NCBI RefSeq assembly: GCF_009914755.1
Contig: NC_060930.1
Direction: 5' to 3' (one strand)
Origin: the human T2T-CHM13v2.0 reference genome, Homo sapiens
Length of the DNA stretch: 64,000 nucleotides
Shown: positions 13,196 through 28,544 of the stretch, piece by piece
Layout: every line of letters starts with the position of its first letter
Numbering within the stretch: position 1 is the stretch's first letter
Notes under the pieces: generated by a model
Seen by the model: only the letters and a program-made list of their open reading frames with translations
Told to the model about the DNA's origin: nothing
The model's database searches: none
Program-made: the position numbers and the translations under genes

Positions 13196-13329
13196 ATGCA
13201 GCATCTGCTGTTGTTTCTGATTCTGCACTCTTGCTTGCCTCAGGAGTGATGGTATTTACTAGTAACTGTAGGAATCCGAGCAGGATCTGACTCAGTGTCA
13301 CAGAGGCCAATATATCATGCACCCCGTCG
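13196..13329 (+). other. Candidate non-coding internal exon (134 bp)
   Basis: Branch-like cttaac (13172-13177), pyrimidine tract 'gttcccttccaacag|', donor TCG|GTAAGG; all three frames contain stops. Confidence 0.3.
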
Positions 13330-16300
13330 GTAAGGAGAAACTGCCAAATAAATGTTCTTAATTCACAATGGACAGATTATGAAACTGAAACACAAGCACT
13401 AGCACAGAAGCTGTGTAGGAGGAAAAGGGAGAAAGGAATGAGAAACAGAAAGAGAAAGAAAATGGCAGATGTAAATTTTATTCGTTTTTACGGTTCATGG
13501 TGCTGGGTTTTGAAAAACCAGTAACAATCTGAATACGGTAGCCATATTTTTACCAGTGTTTAAGGTCCATGTTTCACTTGGAGGTGAAGGGAGTCTACTT
13601 TGAATTCTGGAATAAGAAGGCTGTCACTATTTCAATCTTTTATTCTTTTCCTCTTTCTTCCCTCCTTCTTTCTTTTTTCCTTCCTTTCTTCCATCCCCTC
13701 TCTCCTTCCCTTTCTCCCTTCCTTCCTTTTCCAAATTATATAATCCCTAAAACAATTTTTGGCTAAATCTTTTAATGTTTTCCCCATTATGTACCGCTGT
13801 GTGTGTGTGTGTGTATGTGTGCGTGTGCAGGTTCACCATTAAGACAACATCATTTTCTAAACTGTGTCTGTCCATTTTAAATCCTGCCCCTGAGGTTTTT
13901 TTTCTTTTTTTTTTAACAGAAATTTACTTTTTTACTGTTTACCTATTAAATCATTTAAGATTTTAAAACTGACAGGACATACCTACTTACGATAGTTTTT
14001 CACATCTTAATACTTGAGAATTTTTTGTTCTTATTTGTAATTAGGAAAAAAAATTAAAATGTGACTATATCACATTTCCTTGGAATAATTAAAATAACTT
14101 TTGGAAAGTGAAAGTGGAAATAGAACAAACATAACCTTCTTGACAATGAGGGAAAAGAATAGTTCACTCTTATTTTACTAAAACAAATTCTTCTTACAGC
14201 ATAAGTCTTGTAAAATAACAGCAAAATCTGAATACACAGTGCAAAGACTGGCAAGAATTGTTTTGTGTTTCTTGAATCTGGATTGCATAAATATAAATTA
14301 TGAACTGATTTGATACATAAAATAGAAAGTTATCTTGCTTTAAAGAAATCATTTAAACCATTGCTATTTTCAAAGAATCTTCCAGTCTACATTATATTAT
14401 GACTATGAAAATAACTTTACATAAAAATAACTTTACAAAAAAATTGGCCTTTAACAAGAAAAAAATATTCAGCAATTCTAAGTGCAAAGCTATTAACTGA
14501 CTGATATCTGATCCCTGACACAGGATGTCATTCTTAACCCAGTGCCTGGCTGCTCAGCATCCTGTGGGAACCGCAGGCTTCTGAAGATTCCTCTTTACAA
14601 ATAACAATCAGTGCAGATAGAGGAGACACAAGGAGAGCCAGTTAAATCTTTCACATCATTACCAGCCTCATTGTTTTGCAAATCAGGAGCATAAAGTAGA
14701 ACACGTGCATGAATCCTCTTACAGGTTTCTGAATGCTAGGGATTTCAAATATGTGAATCCTGGTGATTAACAGTAAATGAATAAGCCGCATGACAAATCA
14801 TTACCTTTACCAGCTAAGTGGCTAGTTTAAATTAAAGATTACAGGTTATAGTTTGAATTCACCAAGATTTGTCCATCTAAAATGATAAGCCTTTCCTCTA
14901 TTCATATGTCAGTCCATCATTATTGTGAAGTCTGCCATAGATGATCACTAACTCACTTGAATAGCTCAAAACAGCATTTTTAAAAGTATCCTATTTATAG
15001 TAGAGATATGTAGAATAATCCAAAACACTGTCTTCTTCAACATGCTAACCCTCTCTTGGTAAGAAATTCTTCTCAGGATACTTTAATTTCTGCCACAAAG
15101 CCGAGTGCCATAACAATAGGATTAAAAGTGATTTAGCCGTATTTTAACGGGCTGCATTTTTTCCCTTTGTAATTTGCTTTTACAAATGTAATTATTCATT
15201 TTCTTCAGTAGGTGACTAAGTTGACCATATTTCACTTATAGGTATTTAATATTCTTTTTCTTGTAATGATTTTTCAGTACTATTTTCCACAAATGTCAAA
15301 ATCCTGAGTTGTTTATTTGAATCCTGAGTTATTGCTCTTATAATGAGAAACTCTAATTATAGAGTGCAGTGAACTAGGCAACAGAGAGCTTGCATGCCAA
15401 ATATTATTACTAATATCAAGGCATATGAACAACACTAGTCACTACTTTAAAATACATTGCCTACTTCTCAATGTTTGGATAGGGACTGTTGCTTTACTTT
15501 TGAGGCATTTGTAGCAAGCTCTAAAGTAAAAAATTCCTCATCCTTATTTTTACTCTGTTCAAACTGATCATTTATCTCAGTTTATGCAAAAAACTCACCT
15601 GTAGCTCATTACCCCGTATTTGCTGAACCCTACACTTTCTCACTCAACTAAAACAGGAGCATAGAAAGCAGAGCTGGCACTGACCCTCACCCTCAATTAT
15701 TCGTGTGGGCAGTTCAATGCCACTCTATTCCCAAACATATTTGTTTGGTATGCATATCCAAGCAATATTAGCTAAAGGGAGTACACAAAGAAGGACACCA
15801 TTTTTTCCCTCCCACTCCCCATCTGTCGTGGAAAACACACAGGTTTTCCTCCACAGGTTGAAAAGAACCTTATGTCCTTGGAGGACAGACTTACAGTGCA
15901 TTGCAACAACAGTGTGAACCTTCTTCCTACTCCTCAACCCACAGTCCTGTTTTGAAGGCTGCATTCTGAGAATAGGCTTCACCATGATGCTGTTGGAACA
16001 TAAGCTACCATGTTAAACAAGCATGGCATGAGGCTGACTAATCCTGGTGAACTGTGTGGTTAAATAGCTGCTCCTTAGAAGCAGTAGTGATTACAAGCCT
16101 TGTCCAGCACTACGAATCAGAATGTCTTCCCTCTTCTTTTGAAGGTAGGTGGTGCAAAAGCTACTCCTTACCGGGGCATAGACTAATTTTATTAAATTAA
16201 TTCATTTAACATATTCAATGTTTTTACTAAATATTTACTGATTTTTAATAATAAAAATTAAATGCAATTTCTATAATAATTGTTAACTTATTGCTTCATC

Positions 16301-16476
16301 CATGGACTCAATGATCAGAAAAGACACATGATGGATAAAAATGACCTAAATGATGTAGAAATAACTAAGGAAGAACATTGAGGAAAGAGCTGATTCAGTA
16401 AGAAAGATGAATTAAAATTTAGGCATACACTTGCTCACATTCTCTCTCTTTCTTTCTTTCTTTCTTCCTTCCTTCA

Positions 16477-16746
16477 TTTTATTTTTTTATTTTTATTTTT
16501 TATTTTGAAACAGTCTCGCTCTGTGGTCAGGTTGGAGTGCGGTGGCGCAATATCGTCTCACTGCAACCTCTGCCTCCGGGATTCAAGCATTTCTCCTGCC
16601 TCAGCCTCCTGAGGCAGCTGGGAATACAGGTGTGTGCCACCAGGCCCAGCTAATTTTTGTATTTTTAGTAGAGATGGAGTTTCACCATGTTGGCCAGGAT
16701 GGTCTCCATCTCCTGACCTCGTGATCCGCCTGCCTTGGTCTCCTAA
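16477..16746 (-). mobile_element. AluSc-like SINE, 5'-truncated
   Basis: Reverse Alu with 'ggatggtctccatctcctgacctcgtgatccgcc'; lacks first ~35 nt; 'cacattct' repeated at both flanks. Confidence 0.9.
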
Positions 16747-17109
16747 CACATTCTTTTTCTCTCCCTCTCTCTCTCTCTTTCCTCCTCCTGAATAGCACAA
16801 GTGATTTAAACATAGTGTGACATGTAAGACAAATCAGATGGTGTCTTCTGATTACAAAGCCAAACCCAAAGTCTTGGATTCTATTCTTGGCTTATTCACA
16901 AGAAATTTGTAGAATCTTTCCTTAATTATTTTAAGCCATTTACCCATATTAAAATGGACTCAATGTTCATTTAACAGTTACTCTTTTACTTATAAAAATT
17001 ATGACCAATTCCATGGTAAGTTCAAGAAAACAGGATGGACATAGTCCTTATGGATCTTACTATCTTTGTATGAATGCATACTTAGCATTAATCAAGAATA
17101 TACCAAATG

Positions 17110-17439
<330 letters not shown>

Positions 17440-18999
17440 CAAATGATAATACTTGAAATAAAATATAGGCTCATAACTTCCAATAACTAATAATGTGTAC
17501 TTCATGTAGTTATTAATAATTCTGCTTCAAAACTTAATTAATAAATTTTTAGGTAGTCAATTAAGTGACAAGATTCTACATATAACATTATCTACAATTA
17601 AATTTTTTATTATGAAACTTGAAATTAATCTCTAGTTATAAGGACACCATTAAGAAGCATGAGCACATGACTCCCTACTGATTTCACTGGAGAGAAAGAC
17701 TTGAACATGAGCTCATTGTTGATTCAGTTGCACATAATATCAGCTTATTTATGTACTCAGGGGAATAAAACACATTTCACTTTTCCTTGCCCTACACTAG
17801 TAGTGAAATTTTAAGTTCCGAAGAGAGAATTTGAATAATTATTTTATTCTTTCAAAGTGACTTCTATCTGAAAAACTTACACTTTATAAAAACGATGTGT
17901 TTCTAGTAAAGCTTTTAAAATCTTATCTTTTTGTAACTAACTATTCATAAATAGCCCTTTATAACTAATATATCATAGCTCTTTGGTACCTCCATGCTTT
18001 CTTTGTGGATAAAAACAGTGCTAACTGGTTGGCACTCCCCTTTTGCCAGTCTGAAATCTAAACGGAATTCTCTCCTTATAGCTGTCTGTTAAGAAGATGT
18101 GAGTCTTCACCTCAAAGGGCTCTTGAAACGCTGCTAATTACAAGGGGATAATGAGAACTCACCAATGGAGACCACCTCAATTAAACAAAAATCAGTTTAT
18201 ATTGATACAGCAATTAATTATATATGACAGAATAATTGAAGAAGTTTTCCTTGTGTATTCATAGAGAACCTAAACTTATATGAAATTAAGTATTAGTTGT
18301 GGAGCATTTAATGAAGATTAAAATGAATTTCAGCTGTAGACTTTATACAAAATTTAAAAAATAAATTAAGTGGTAAGAAAATAATGCAAGTTTTCTGTGA
18401 TGAGTATTCTTTTATTCAGAGTTGGAGTGGGTACAATTTATATCTCAATTTCATTAGTCTTTTTTAAAAAACAATGTTAATGAAGTATATGGACCAATGC
18501 TCACTAACACTTTGGACACATAGAAACCCCAGTGGTTTGTTTGAGTTTGCACAATATAAATTTATGCATCCCAAAGAACTTGTAATACTAATGGCATTTA
18601 TCAGGTATTGTTTGTAAAGGATATGAATAATAATAATCCATCTGCTATAGTCCCTTTTCAGCAGAGGAATCATACAAATTAATGTTGGCCTGGATATAAT
18701 CCATTTAGGATGATTCATGAGAGTCATAAAAATGACCTCTCTCTCTTTTTTTAATTCCCAAGCAAGTGTTTTTCCATTAATTATTTTTCTACTTCTTTTT
18801 GTAAGGTCCACTTTGAGGTTCTTTAATTCTGTCAAATGTTTTATGACTATTTTGAAAAAATATCTAACATCCACAAGACCACCACCATCAACAACGAGAA
18901 ACTTCATAAAAATCTAAGCTTATACTCTGGTATTTAAAGGAGAAAAATATTAAGAGTATCTGATGATGAATCAAGTATAACAATGTAAGAAAAATGAAA

Positions 19000-19220
19000 A
19001 CTAACATGTACTGAATGCTTACCAACTAGTTTGAAAACATTATTTTCTTTGATTTTAACAGTGTCTCTTTTGGGGCAGATATGTGAATCAACTTCATTTC
19101 ACAACTGAAGAAACAGAATCCTAGAGAGAATAGATAACCATCCTGTGGCCCCACATTTAAGATGTGACGAAGCCAGTACTCAAATCCTGGTCTGTTTTCA
19201 ATCATACCTACCCTCTTAAT
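19000..19220 (-). mobile_element. MIR SINE fragment
   Basis: 'atttcacaactgaagaaacagaatcctagagagaa...agccagtactcaaatcctggtctg'. Confidence 0.6.
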
Positions 19221-20055
19221 CACTAGGCAAAATCTTTTTTGTGCATAGGCTAGTGGAATGCAAACCTAGATGATGAAGTGGTATAGAATAACATTAATTT
19301 ATTAATCATGAAAGTCATCTATGGACAATATTTTTAATATCATTACAATTATACACCAGGTACAATTTATATTAGTTCTCATGCATAAGCTGAGTGTTTT
19401 CCCTCCACATTTTAAGGGGAGAATATTAAACAACTATTTAATTATATACTTGTATTTTCTGGTACATGGCAAATTAGAACACTAAATAACAGCTTTGAAG
19501 TATAACAAAAATTTACACATTGACATTCATGAGTGAGAACTATATCAGATCTTAGAAAAATTAGAATATATGTAGTTTTGGACAATATTCCCATTAATAG
19601 ACACTGTAGACCTCTCTTCATTTTCTCTTCTGTTATACACATTTTCCATGCTGTTCCGTTGTTCCTTCATTTTCAAGTTGATCTATCACCTCTTTGGCTC
19701 TATTACTGACTTCTGTATTTAACTTATTCACTACTAGTGTTATCACAGTGTAAGTACTAGAAGTAAAGAGAGAAAGACTAGAGTACATGTAATTTTTGGT
19801 GCCAAAATATAGAACCTATTGTTTCATAATGCTTCAGTGAATTTCTTTTAGGCAATAAAAGAACCTTCTTACTTTTCCTTATGAGATAAAATTATAGCAT
19901 TGCAAATAAAGCAAACACTATGGGTTTAGACCTATTGGGGTTTAAATGTTAGTTCAGTCATTTACTAGGTATGAACATTTGAACAAGCAATTCTTATGTT
20001 CTCAGTTTATTTCTAAATTTGTACTGGCAATACTTAATACTGATTTATGGATTAA

Positions 20056-20376
<321 letters not shown>

Positions 20377-20399
20377 TAATGAGTTGGACATGATTTATA

Positions 20400-20870
20400 T
20401 ATTTAATTCCACTTCAAAAATGTATTGGTGGCATACCATGAATCAAATACCATTCTTGGGCTATACTATAAACAGCAGAGATAGTTTTTTTTTTTTTACA
20501 GCTAATGATATTTACATTTTCAAGAGGAGAGACAGAAAATGAACAATTGATATTAATAAACAAATAATTTTGTTAGAAAGTGATTTGGAAAGGAAAAAGT
20601 AGAGCAAGGTAAGGGACTTAGGAGTTCTGGGTATGTGACTTGTGAAATTTTAATATGCAATGTTGTGTAGTATTAGTGGGTGACAGAATTGAATAAGTTA
20701 AGAAGATGGCTATGTGGATCTCCTTGAGAAAATGGTACAGCCAGTGCAAAGATCCGACAGAGGGAATACGTTGTATTAGAAGAAGAAGAAGCAGTGTGGC
20801 ATGGAGAGAGTGAGCGATAACTCACAGAGTTACAGAGCAGTTCAGGTTACACAGGACCTTGAGTGCGAAG
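20400..20870 (-). mobile_element. L2 fragment
   Basis: Purine-rich diverged L2-like sequence ('cagccagtgcaaagatcc...gcagtgtggcatggagagagtgag'). Confidence 0.5.
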
Positions 20871-20979
20871 AAACATTGAATAAATGCAGCTGTTACTGTG
20901 TTTAGATAAGAAATGCTAGGCTTACCAACAGAAAAAAAATATTATTCTGTAATTTAAAAAAAAAACCCACATAGCATTG

Positions 20980-21170
20980 CAAATGTTTATTTAATTCATA
21001 CTGTGAGTCAAGCATTGCCCTGGTCACTATAAAAACATTCTCTCATTTATTCCCCATGAAAGCCCTATGTGAAAAATGCCATTTCTATGTCCACTATACA
21101 GATGAGAAAACTGAAGCTCTAGTAGGCTAAGTAACTTGTCCAGGGTCACACTCTTATTATGTGACAGAGG
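20980..21170 (-). mobile_element. MIR SINE fragment
   Basis: 'tacagatgagaaaactgaagctctagtaggctaagtaacttgtccagggtcaca'. Confidence 0.75.
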
Positions 21171-23421
21171 TATTATGAATAACCTTAATATGATTTCTTT
21201 TTGTTAAATGCATACAAAGCCTTGCTATGCAAAACATACTTGTGACATCCTTGTGGTTTCCAAGTTAGTTTCTTACTTCCATTTACTTCTCAGATAGGCT
21301 CCTTTCAGCTCTCTATCATTATAGTCTTTCTATAAAAAGCATTCAGTATACTGGCCACAGAAAATAAATTACTTTTTCACCATCTCTCTTTTATTCCTCT
21401 CATTCACTAGGGATTACATTTAATTGTCTTCTAGCTATAATTAGCTTATTGAGTGGAGACTTTATTCTAAATGTGATCAAACAGCAACTTTGTAATTTTT
21501 CTTTCTAAATCGTATATTTTAGGGATCCTTCTTTTTTGTTAATTGTTAGTGTTTTATTACTCTCAAGGTATTCCTACTTTCATTCGCATTGATTTCTGCA
21601 GTCATCATATTTTGGACATTTTTTTCTTTGAATGACTTTTCTGTGTTAAAAGGAATTATCATCAGTCTTTGGTCTAAATTCTTACTTAATAATATGTCGA
21701 TATAAAGTCAGATTTTAATTTTGGCATTGTTAATAAGTGAAATAAAGATACAATTACTTTGTGTGTAAATGATATAACTATTACATGTTCTCTCTTTTCA
21801 AAAATTATCTATTCCCTACTGTCAGTGTGATATTTTCAAAATTCACCATAAAGGAAACATAAGTTCTCTTATATCTTCTAAATCTAGAATGATATATGTT
21901 GATTAAAATATGTTATTCTAAGGTTAATGTATTTTAAACCAGAAGACCTCCTTGTTTTACATTTCCATGTGATTTTCAGCATCATGGTTTAATATTTATA
22001 TTCCCCCTAGTTTTATTCCTTTGTTTTTTAGTTTATATGCTCATAACAAAAAAAATTGGTAACTTACTATGAGAGGATTCCAAATTCAAGAAAGTGTAAA
22101 AAAGCAAAATATAAAATAATATATTTAACAGAGGTATACAAGTTTGCTTTTTGAGAGCATTTTGATAGACAATTGTATTCTCCACTCTTCATCTGCTTCT
22201 CTTAACATGAGATGAACAAACTGAAGTTTTTACTTTTTAAAGCAAGGCCAGTATGATTTATCAGTATACTAAAGGCTATATCCAGTGCAGCTGATTCAGG
22301 ATCTACAGTTTTCAGTACAGAAGTTTGTCATACTTCCTCCTTGAAGTCAGTGTACAAGACTTAAAAGAATAAATAAGATTAGCCATAAACTCCTCATCTC
22401 CACTCAATGATTCATGAGCCCATTGGTTATGTCCAGTATTGTGGTATCAACCTTAAACTATTACAGTCATTGACTAATAAAACTTTCAAGATTTAAGAAT
22501 ATTAGAAGTTTACATGATCCAATACTATTATTTGACAGATTAATGACTTACAATCTTTATAAAAGAAGAAACATGACAAATGTGTTTGTGACCTGAAACT
22601 TAAAACAGTTTAAAAATTGATGTTGCATGAATGTATCAACCAGAGAAATTCATTGAATATTTAGCATGTGCAAGGTGCTGAAGTATTCAGTTAGACTATA
22701 GCAAATACTCACAATTTAAAGAAAAAGAGTATTTTCAGCAAAAATATTTAAGATCATTTATGATTCTTAGTAACAGAGTGCACAAAAATTTATCCGCCCT
22801 TGTGAGTTTGCTACATATAACATTGGGATATATTAAAGCTAGTGGCAGTGGGAGGTGAAAAAGCCATGGCATTATTGAGATGAATCAGTGCAAATTGAAG
22901 ATCTAAAAAAGTAACTTAAATGTTCAATCAAATACTTTACCCAAAGGACAAAAATATCTATCATGTTAAAAATGAGAAAGAAAAAAAGTGACACGTTGGA
23001 TCAGGAACAAAAAAAAATTAAGAAAAAATTTAACTATTTTTTTGTCACTCTAGCCCTTTACTTCTAATGGAGCACGGAGGATAAAACTTGTAGTATGAAA
23101 AAAATTAAGACAACTGTAGTATGAAAAAATAAAAATAAATAAGCAGCTATAGGGTAACACCAGGTGATATTTTTTGCTAATTTTCTTTTCAGGTAAATAT
23201 TGGCCTGTTCCAACATACACTCTTATATTCTATCACAATGTTATCCTATGATTTTTCTAGCATCTTGCATTCAATAAAGAAATGCTTATGAGGGGTGTTT
23301 GTTATCTCATGTGTCATTTAAGTCTTAATCTATTTTAGAAAGAAATCATTATGAATGTCTAGTAAATAGCTCTTTTAATTTTGAAAAATGAGCCACCTAC
23401 ATTAATATAGAATATAACTAG

Positions 23422-23811
23422 CATATTTGTTCATTCTCACACTGCAATAAACAAATACCTGAAACTGGGTAATTTACAAAGAAAAGAGGTTTAATTGGTC
23501 CATGGTTCCACAGGCTTTACAGGAAGCATAGCTGTGGAAGCCTCAGGAAATTTTCAGTCATGGCAGAAGGTGAAAGGGAAGCAGGCATGCCTTACATGGC
23601 TGGAGGAAGAGGAAGAGGAATAGAAGCAAAGGGAGAGGTGCAACACACTTTTAAACAACCAGATCTTGTGAGAACTCACTCACTATCATGAGAACAGCAA
23701 GGGGAGTATCTGCCCCCATCATCCAATCACCTCCCACCAAGCCCCTCCTCTGATATGGGGGTTGCAATTCATCATGAGATTTGGGAAGAGACACAAATCC
23801 AAGCCACATCA
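23422..23811 (-). mobile_element. MSTA-type MaLR solo LTR
   Basis: Matches MST LTR ('ctgggtaatttacaaagaaaagaggtttaattgg...ccagatcttgtgagaactcactcactatcatgagaacagc'); perfect 5-bp TSD ACTAG (23417-23421 / 23812-23816). Confidence 0.9.
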
Positions 23812-24377
23812 ACTAGTACACCTGAATTATTTTTTATAGCTAAAATGAAGAGTCTTATTTTTGTGTGTGTGTAATATTAAGATACACTTCACCAAATATC
23901 TATGATTTTAAAAAGATCAGTCTTGTTTTACTTTGTTTTGTTTGCTTTGTTTCATACTTTTAAGTGTCAGAAATTTCGCCTATAAATCTCATTTAATTTT
24001 ACTTCTAAAATTTATAATTTTTCATATATCACCTCTATTTTACAGATTAGGAAACTGCTGCTCATAGATTAACTGATTTACCCAATATTACTATATTTAT
24101 ATGTATATTTAAAGAAATTTGAGCTCTAGAGACTATACTATTTCCACTATTTGAACTGCCTAATTATAGAGGAACAAAGCCAGCTAGGAATTTCTTATAC
24201 TATATCTCAAAAAGAAGAAACCCTTATAATAAATTTACACGATAGATACAAATTCTATAAAATTGACTACTTTATTTTAAATAAATATTTATTTGTGAAA
24301 GCTACAATGCAAGAAGTTTGATAGAATGAAGGGGAAATAAACCCCACCCCCACCAACAAAAAATAAGATAGTTCTAT

Positions 24378-25450
24378 TTCTTCTCACCCCATATTCAAGA
24401 CTCAACTTGAAATGGGCTAAACATAAGACCTGAAACTGTAAAACTACTAGAAGGAAACATAGGGGGAAGCCTCACAATATTGGTCTGGACAATGATTACC
24501 TAGATATGATCCCAAAAGCACTGGCAACAAAAGTGAATATAGACAAATTGGATTGCATTCAAACTAAAAAGCTTCTGCACAATAAAGGAAACAACAGAGT
24601 GAAGAGACAACACATAGATTAGAGAGAAATATTTTCAAATTATGCATGAGATATCACCTCCCATCAAGTAGAATGGTTATCATCAAAAAGACAAGAAACA
24701 AGTGTTGGAGAGGATATAGAGAAAAATAAACTCTTATACACTGTTGGCAGGAATGCAAATTATTACAGCCAGTTTGAAAAACAGTACTGAGCTTCCTCCA
24801 AAAACTTGTTCCACTTCTGGGTACATATCCAAAGGAATGGGAATCAGTATGTTGAAGAGATATCTGCACTTTCATGTTCATGGAAACATTATTCACAACA
24901 GCCAAGATGTGAAAAATACCTAAGTACCTATCAATGGATAAATAGACAAAGAAAATGTAAAAATACACAGCTGAATACTATTTAGCCTTTAAAATAAGGA
25001 AATTTGTCGTTTATTATAACATGAATGAATCTAGGGAACATTATGCTAAGTGAAATAAGCCAGGCTCAGAAAAACAAGTATTATATGATAACACTTGCAT
25101 GTTGGATCTAAAAAAGTCTGGCTCATAGAAGTAGAGAGTAGAATGGTGGGTGCCAGGGACTAGAGGTGCGAAGGATGAACAGGGACAAAGGAGATATTGG
25201 TCAAGGGTATGAAATTTTAGTTAGACAGAACGAGTAAGTTCTAATGATTTACTGCACAGCATGGTGACTATAGCTAATAATAATGTGTTGTATATTTCAA
25301 AAAGGCTTAGAGAGTAGATTTTAAGTGTTCTTACCACAAAAATGTTTATTAGTATGATTTAATCATCCCTACAATGTATACATGTATCACAACATCACAT
25401 TGTACCCCATAAATCCATACAATTATTTGTCAATTAAAAATAAAATAAAT
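24378..25450 (+). mobile_element. L1MA-type LINE 3' fragment
   Basis: Degenerate ORF2 C-terminal region plus 3'UTR ending 'cattgtaccccataaatccatacaattatttgtcaattaaaaataaaataaa'. Confidence 0.85.
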
Positions 25451-26019
25451 ATTTAGCAAAAAATTTAAAATGTGTTGTCTGTTTATAGTGATTTCAATTT
25501 CATTTTAAAGTAAGATCTTCAAGAGACATACTTAACCTTTTGCATTTCCTAAAACAATGTCTTGGAAAGAAATGGACTTATATTCTTAATTCTCTGACCC
25601 AAAGAGATTACAGGCTCCATTGAGAGTCTCTTGCCTTACAGAAGCAGAAATGCAATCAATGTAGGTTATTGGTCATTTTCCCAAAAGATTGAAAGGGTAG
25701 TTTGGAGTTGGGAAGCACAATTAAACTGCTAAAATAAAACTTTCTCCTCTGTTATATACAGTGTGTGTCTGGCATAAAAGCAAAATTGATAAAATAGATA
25801 CTTTGCATGTGTTAGGAATCAGTACATTTTATCTTTTATTTGACGCTTAAATAACTTCTCTTTTGCATAATGTTGTGCTGTTTTTTTCTTGTTCCTTTTC
25901 CAATTTGAAAACGTATTTATTTGTACATACTATATTTCATAATATATGAAAACTAAATCACTTTTATATTTTAAATTCCAAATTGTTTTTATTTTTTAAT
26001 CATTGAGTGACATGCAACA

Positions 26020-26500
26020 ATTAATACATGTGGAACATTTGGTATATTCTAGATACTCAATTGTGAAACAGAATGACAATCCTTGACCCTATAAAAATTG
26101 TGTTTAGTGTTGGATACAGAAAAATAAATGTTTGAGGACAACAGAAGATATGTGTTATGAATGGAAATTTATGGGTTCTATGCTGAGAACTAGAAAGATC
26201 AACTAATCAAGACTTGGCACATTCAGGATTTTTTCTTTTTCAAAGGAAGCAGTATCAAAGGTGAGGTCTGACATGGGGTACAAAAACAGCCAAACAATGA
26301 GGAAAGGAGAAAGAACACACTGGGCAGAGAGAATAGAGGAGACAAATAACTTTATGACCAATAAGAGATGGGGAGTAATAGAAGGAAGTGGGTCAAACAC
26401 TGGGAGGAAAGAATTGTTATTCAATGTAAAAAAAGAGGAGAAAATAGTACATATTTGTGATAGATATATTTAGTTTTGAACATCCTGAGTTTTTGGTGAA
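26020..26500 (-). mobile_element. L2 fragment
   Basis: Diverged L2-like purine-rich segment ('tagttttgaacatcctgagttt'). Confidence 0.45.
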
Positions 26501-28195
26501 TATATGATAAATAAGAATGGATTTATACCCACACATTTATATTTTATTGCTTCTAAGAATCACATTTTTGCACATTTTAATATTTTCAAAACCCAAATGC
26601 ATAGCACAAGCAAAATGTATAAGAACTATAATTGCCAGTGGGTTTTCATTTTTGCTTGTATGTAAATTATTGGTGAATTTTACAATAGATAATATCTCAG
26701 ATTAAATGAAATATGATAAACCATGGATTTCAGCCTCATCTTAAAATATTTAACTTGAACCTGAATCATTTATAGCAAACTTCTAACCATTAGATAGCAT
26801 TTGCTTCATTTCTAGTGAACTTCAAACTCTCTTTACTCTGAAACCAATTCCAAATCCAGATGGCACAGTATATTCTAAGTCATGATTAGAATCCCCAAAA
26901 AGTTATGCTCTGATCTTTCTGTATAAAGGAGGGTGATTTAGAGCCGTATTATCATTTTATAATTCTCTATATCTAATTCCCCACCATGTATATTGGAAAA
27001 AAAAGAAATGTTATTACCTGACAAATTATCCAAGTTCTTTGCCATGCATAGATCATATCTTACAGGCAGAGCCAGGACAAAAATCAGTGTCTTCCTAACT
27101 GCCTCCTGCTCCAACTGGCAGTGTTTGAAGCCTGTATGCCCATCACTTAAGTCAAGACTGCTGGGATTCAGAGCAAATGTCCTCCAGATTTCCTTTCCAT
27201 CATATCTTTTCAATTTATTTTTTAAAAGAACTATACAATAACGCTGAATAATTTTTAAAATGACCTTCTCATCTAGAAACTCTGTGAGACCTCATGCTAA
27301 TAAGGAGCTTAGGGGTGATAAACTCACATAAAATATATTTCAGACTTAGTCTCTCTTGAGATTCCAGGGAATGTGCTTAGTTGAAGATTAAAGTCTTGGC
27401 TGGAATGTTATGCTTGAATTTTTGTGAGTCTTCCTGTGGTAATCAGAATGAGTAATGTTTTTCAATGAACAGAAAGTTATTTAATAACTGAGACAAGTTA
27501 CTTGCAATTTCAACTTATTGTTTAATAAGCATTACTCGTGTGTGTGTGTGTGTGCCCGTGTGTGTGTTACTGTAGGAATACAAATAATGAAAAGACACAA
27601 GATACATTTTCTTTCATCAAGTCGTGGACACATTTATAAGCATCTCATTCCAGTAGAACCAGAGGAAGGCAGAAAAACAAGCAATATGCTTTGGGAGTAC
27701 AACGGCATAAAATATTTAATCTGATGATGAGAATGCTTTAAAGCAGAAGTGCAGTTGTGATATTCTTGATAGGTGGGTGATGGAGGGAGAACATTGCTGG
27801 ATAAGGAATTAGGTGCAAACACCCGGAAACATATGAAGTGTCCAGGTAATTACACAGTTCTCAGCCACCAGGGAACAAGATTGGGGAGGCTGACATGCAA
27901 ATGTGGCTACAAAGGTAGTTTATGTAATTGGGGCCAGGCCATTGGATGGGCTAAGTTGTTCATTTATTATTTTGAGGGGAATGGAAAAACTAACGAAAAC
28001 TAATGGAAAAACTCTCCACTTCTGATGAGTGGAGAGTCATCACTTGACCCATGCAAAGCTTGACCTAAGGTCCAGAGACAACGAAGGAACTAAGTTCTGG
28101 AGAGAAAGCTACTTAGCGCTAGCCTTGCTTAGTCTACTATCCTATTGTTTGAGAAAAAACAAATTAGACATCATTCAACTACTACTAACTATGTG

Positions 28196-28202
<7 letters not shown>

Positions 28203-28240
<38 letters not shown>
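28203..28240. repeat. (AT)n microsatellite
   Basis: Directly visible. Confidence 0.95.
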
Positions 28241-28242
<2 letters not shown>

Positions 28243-28467
28243 TAAATGAACAAAAAATGTTTCAAGTATCTAATACTTAGCTATACCAACAGACAAAATA
28301 TATTCAAGTTAGAGTCACAAAGATATCTTTATAGCAGAAGAATGTTCCAAAATGCTACCTACAGATCTCATTATATATGTGGGGCATGAAATACTGAACT
28401 GGTAATGGGAAGACTGAATTTACACCTGGTTTCTTTCCTCCAGCTTGTGAGAGTCAGGATATGAAGG

Positions 28468-28468
<1 letters not shown>

Positions 28469-28516
<48 letters not shown>

Positions 28517-28544
28517 CATCCATCCATCCATCCATCCATCCATC
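28469..28544. repeat. Compound STR (TATC)12(CATC)7
   Basis: Directly visible. Confidence 0.95.

Noticed and set aside
18464-18907. 147-aa minus-strand ORF
   Set aside because: Non-ATG start, AT-rich composition, no recognisable domain or splice context
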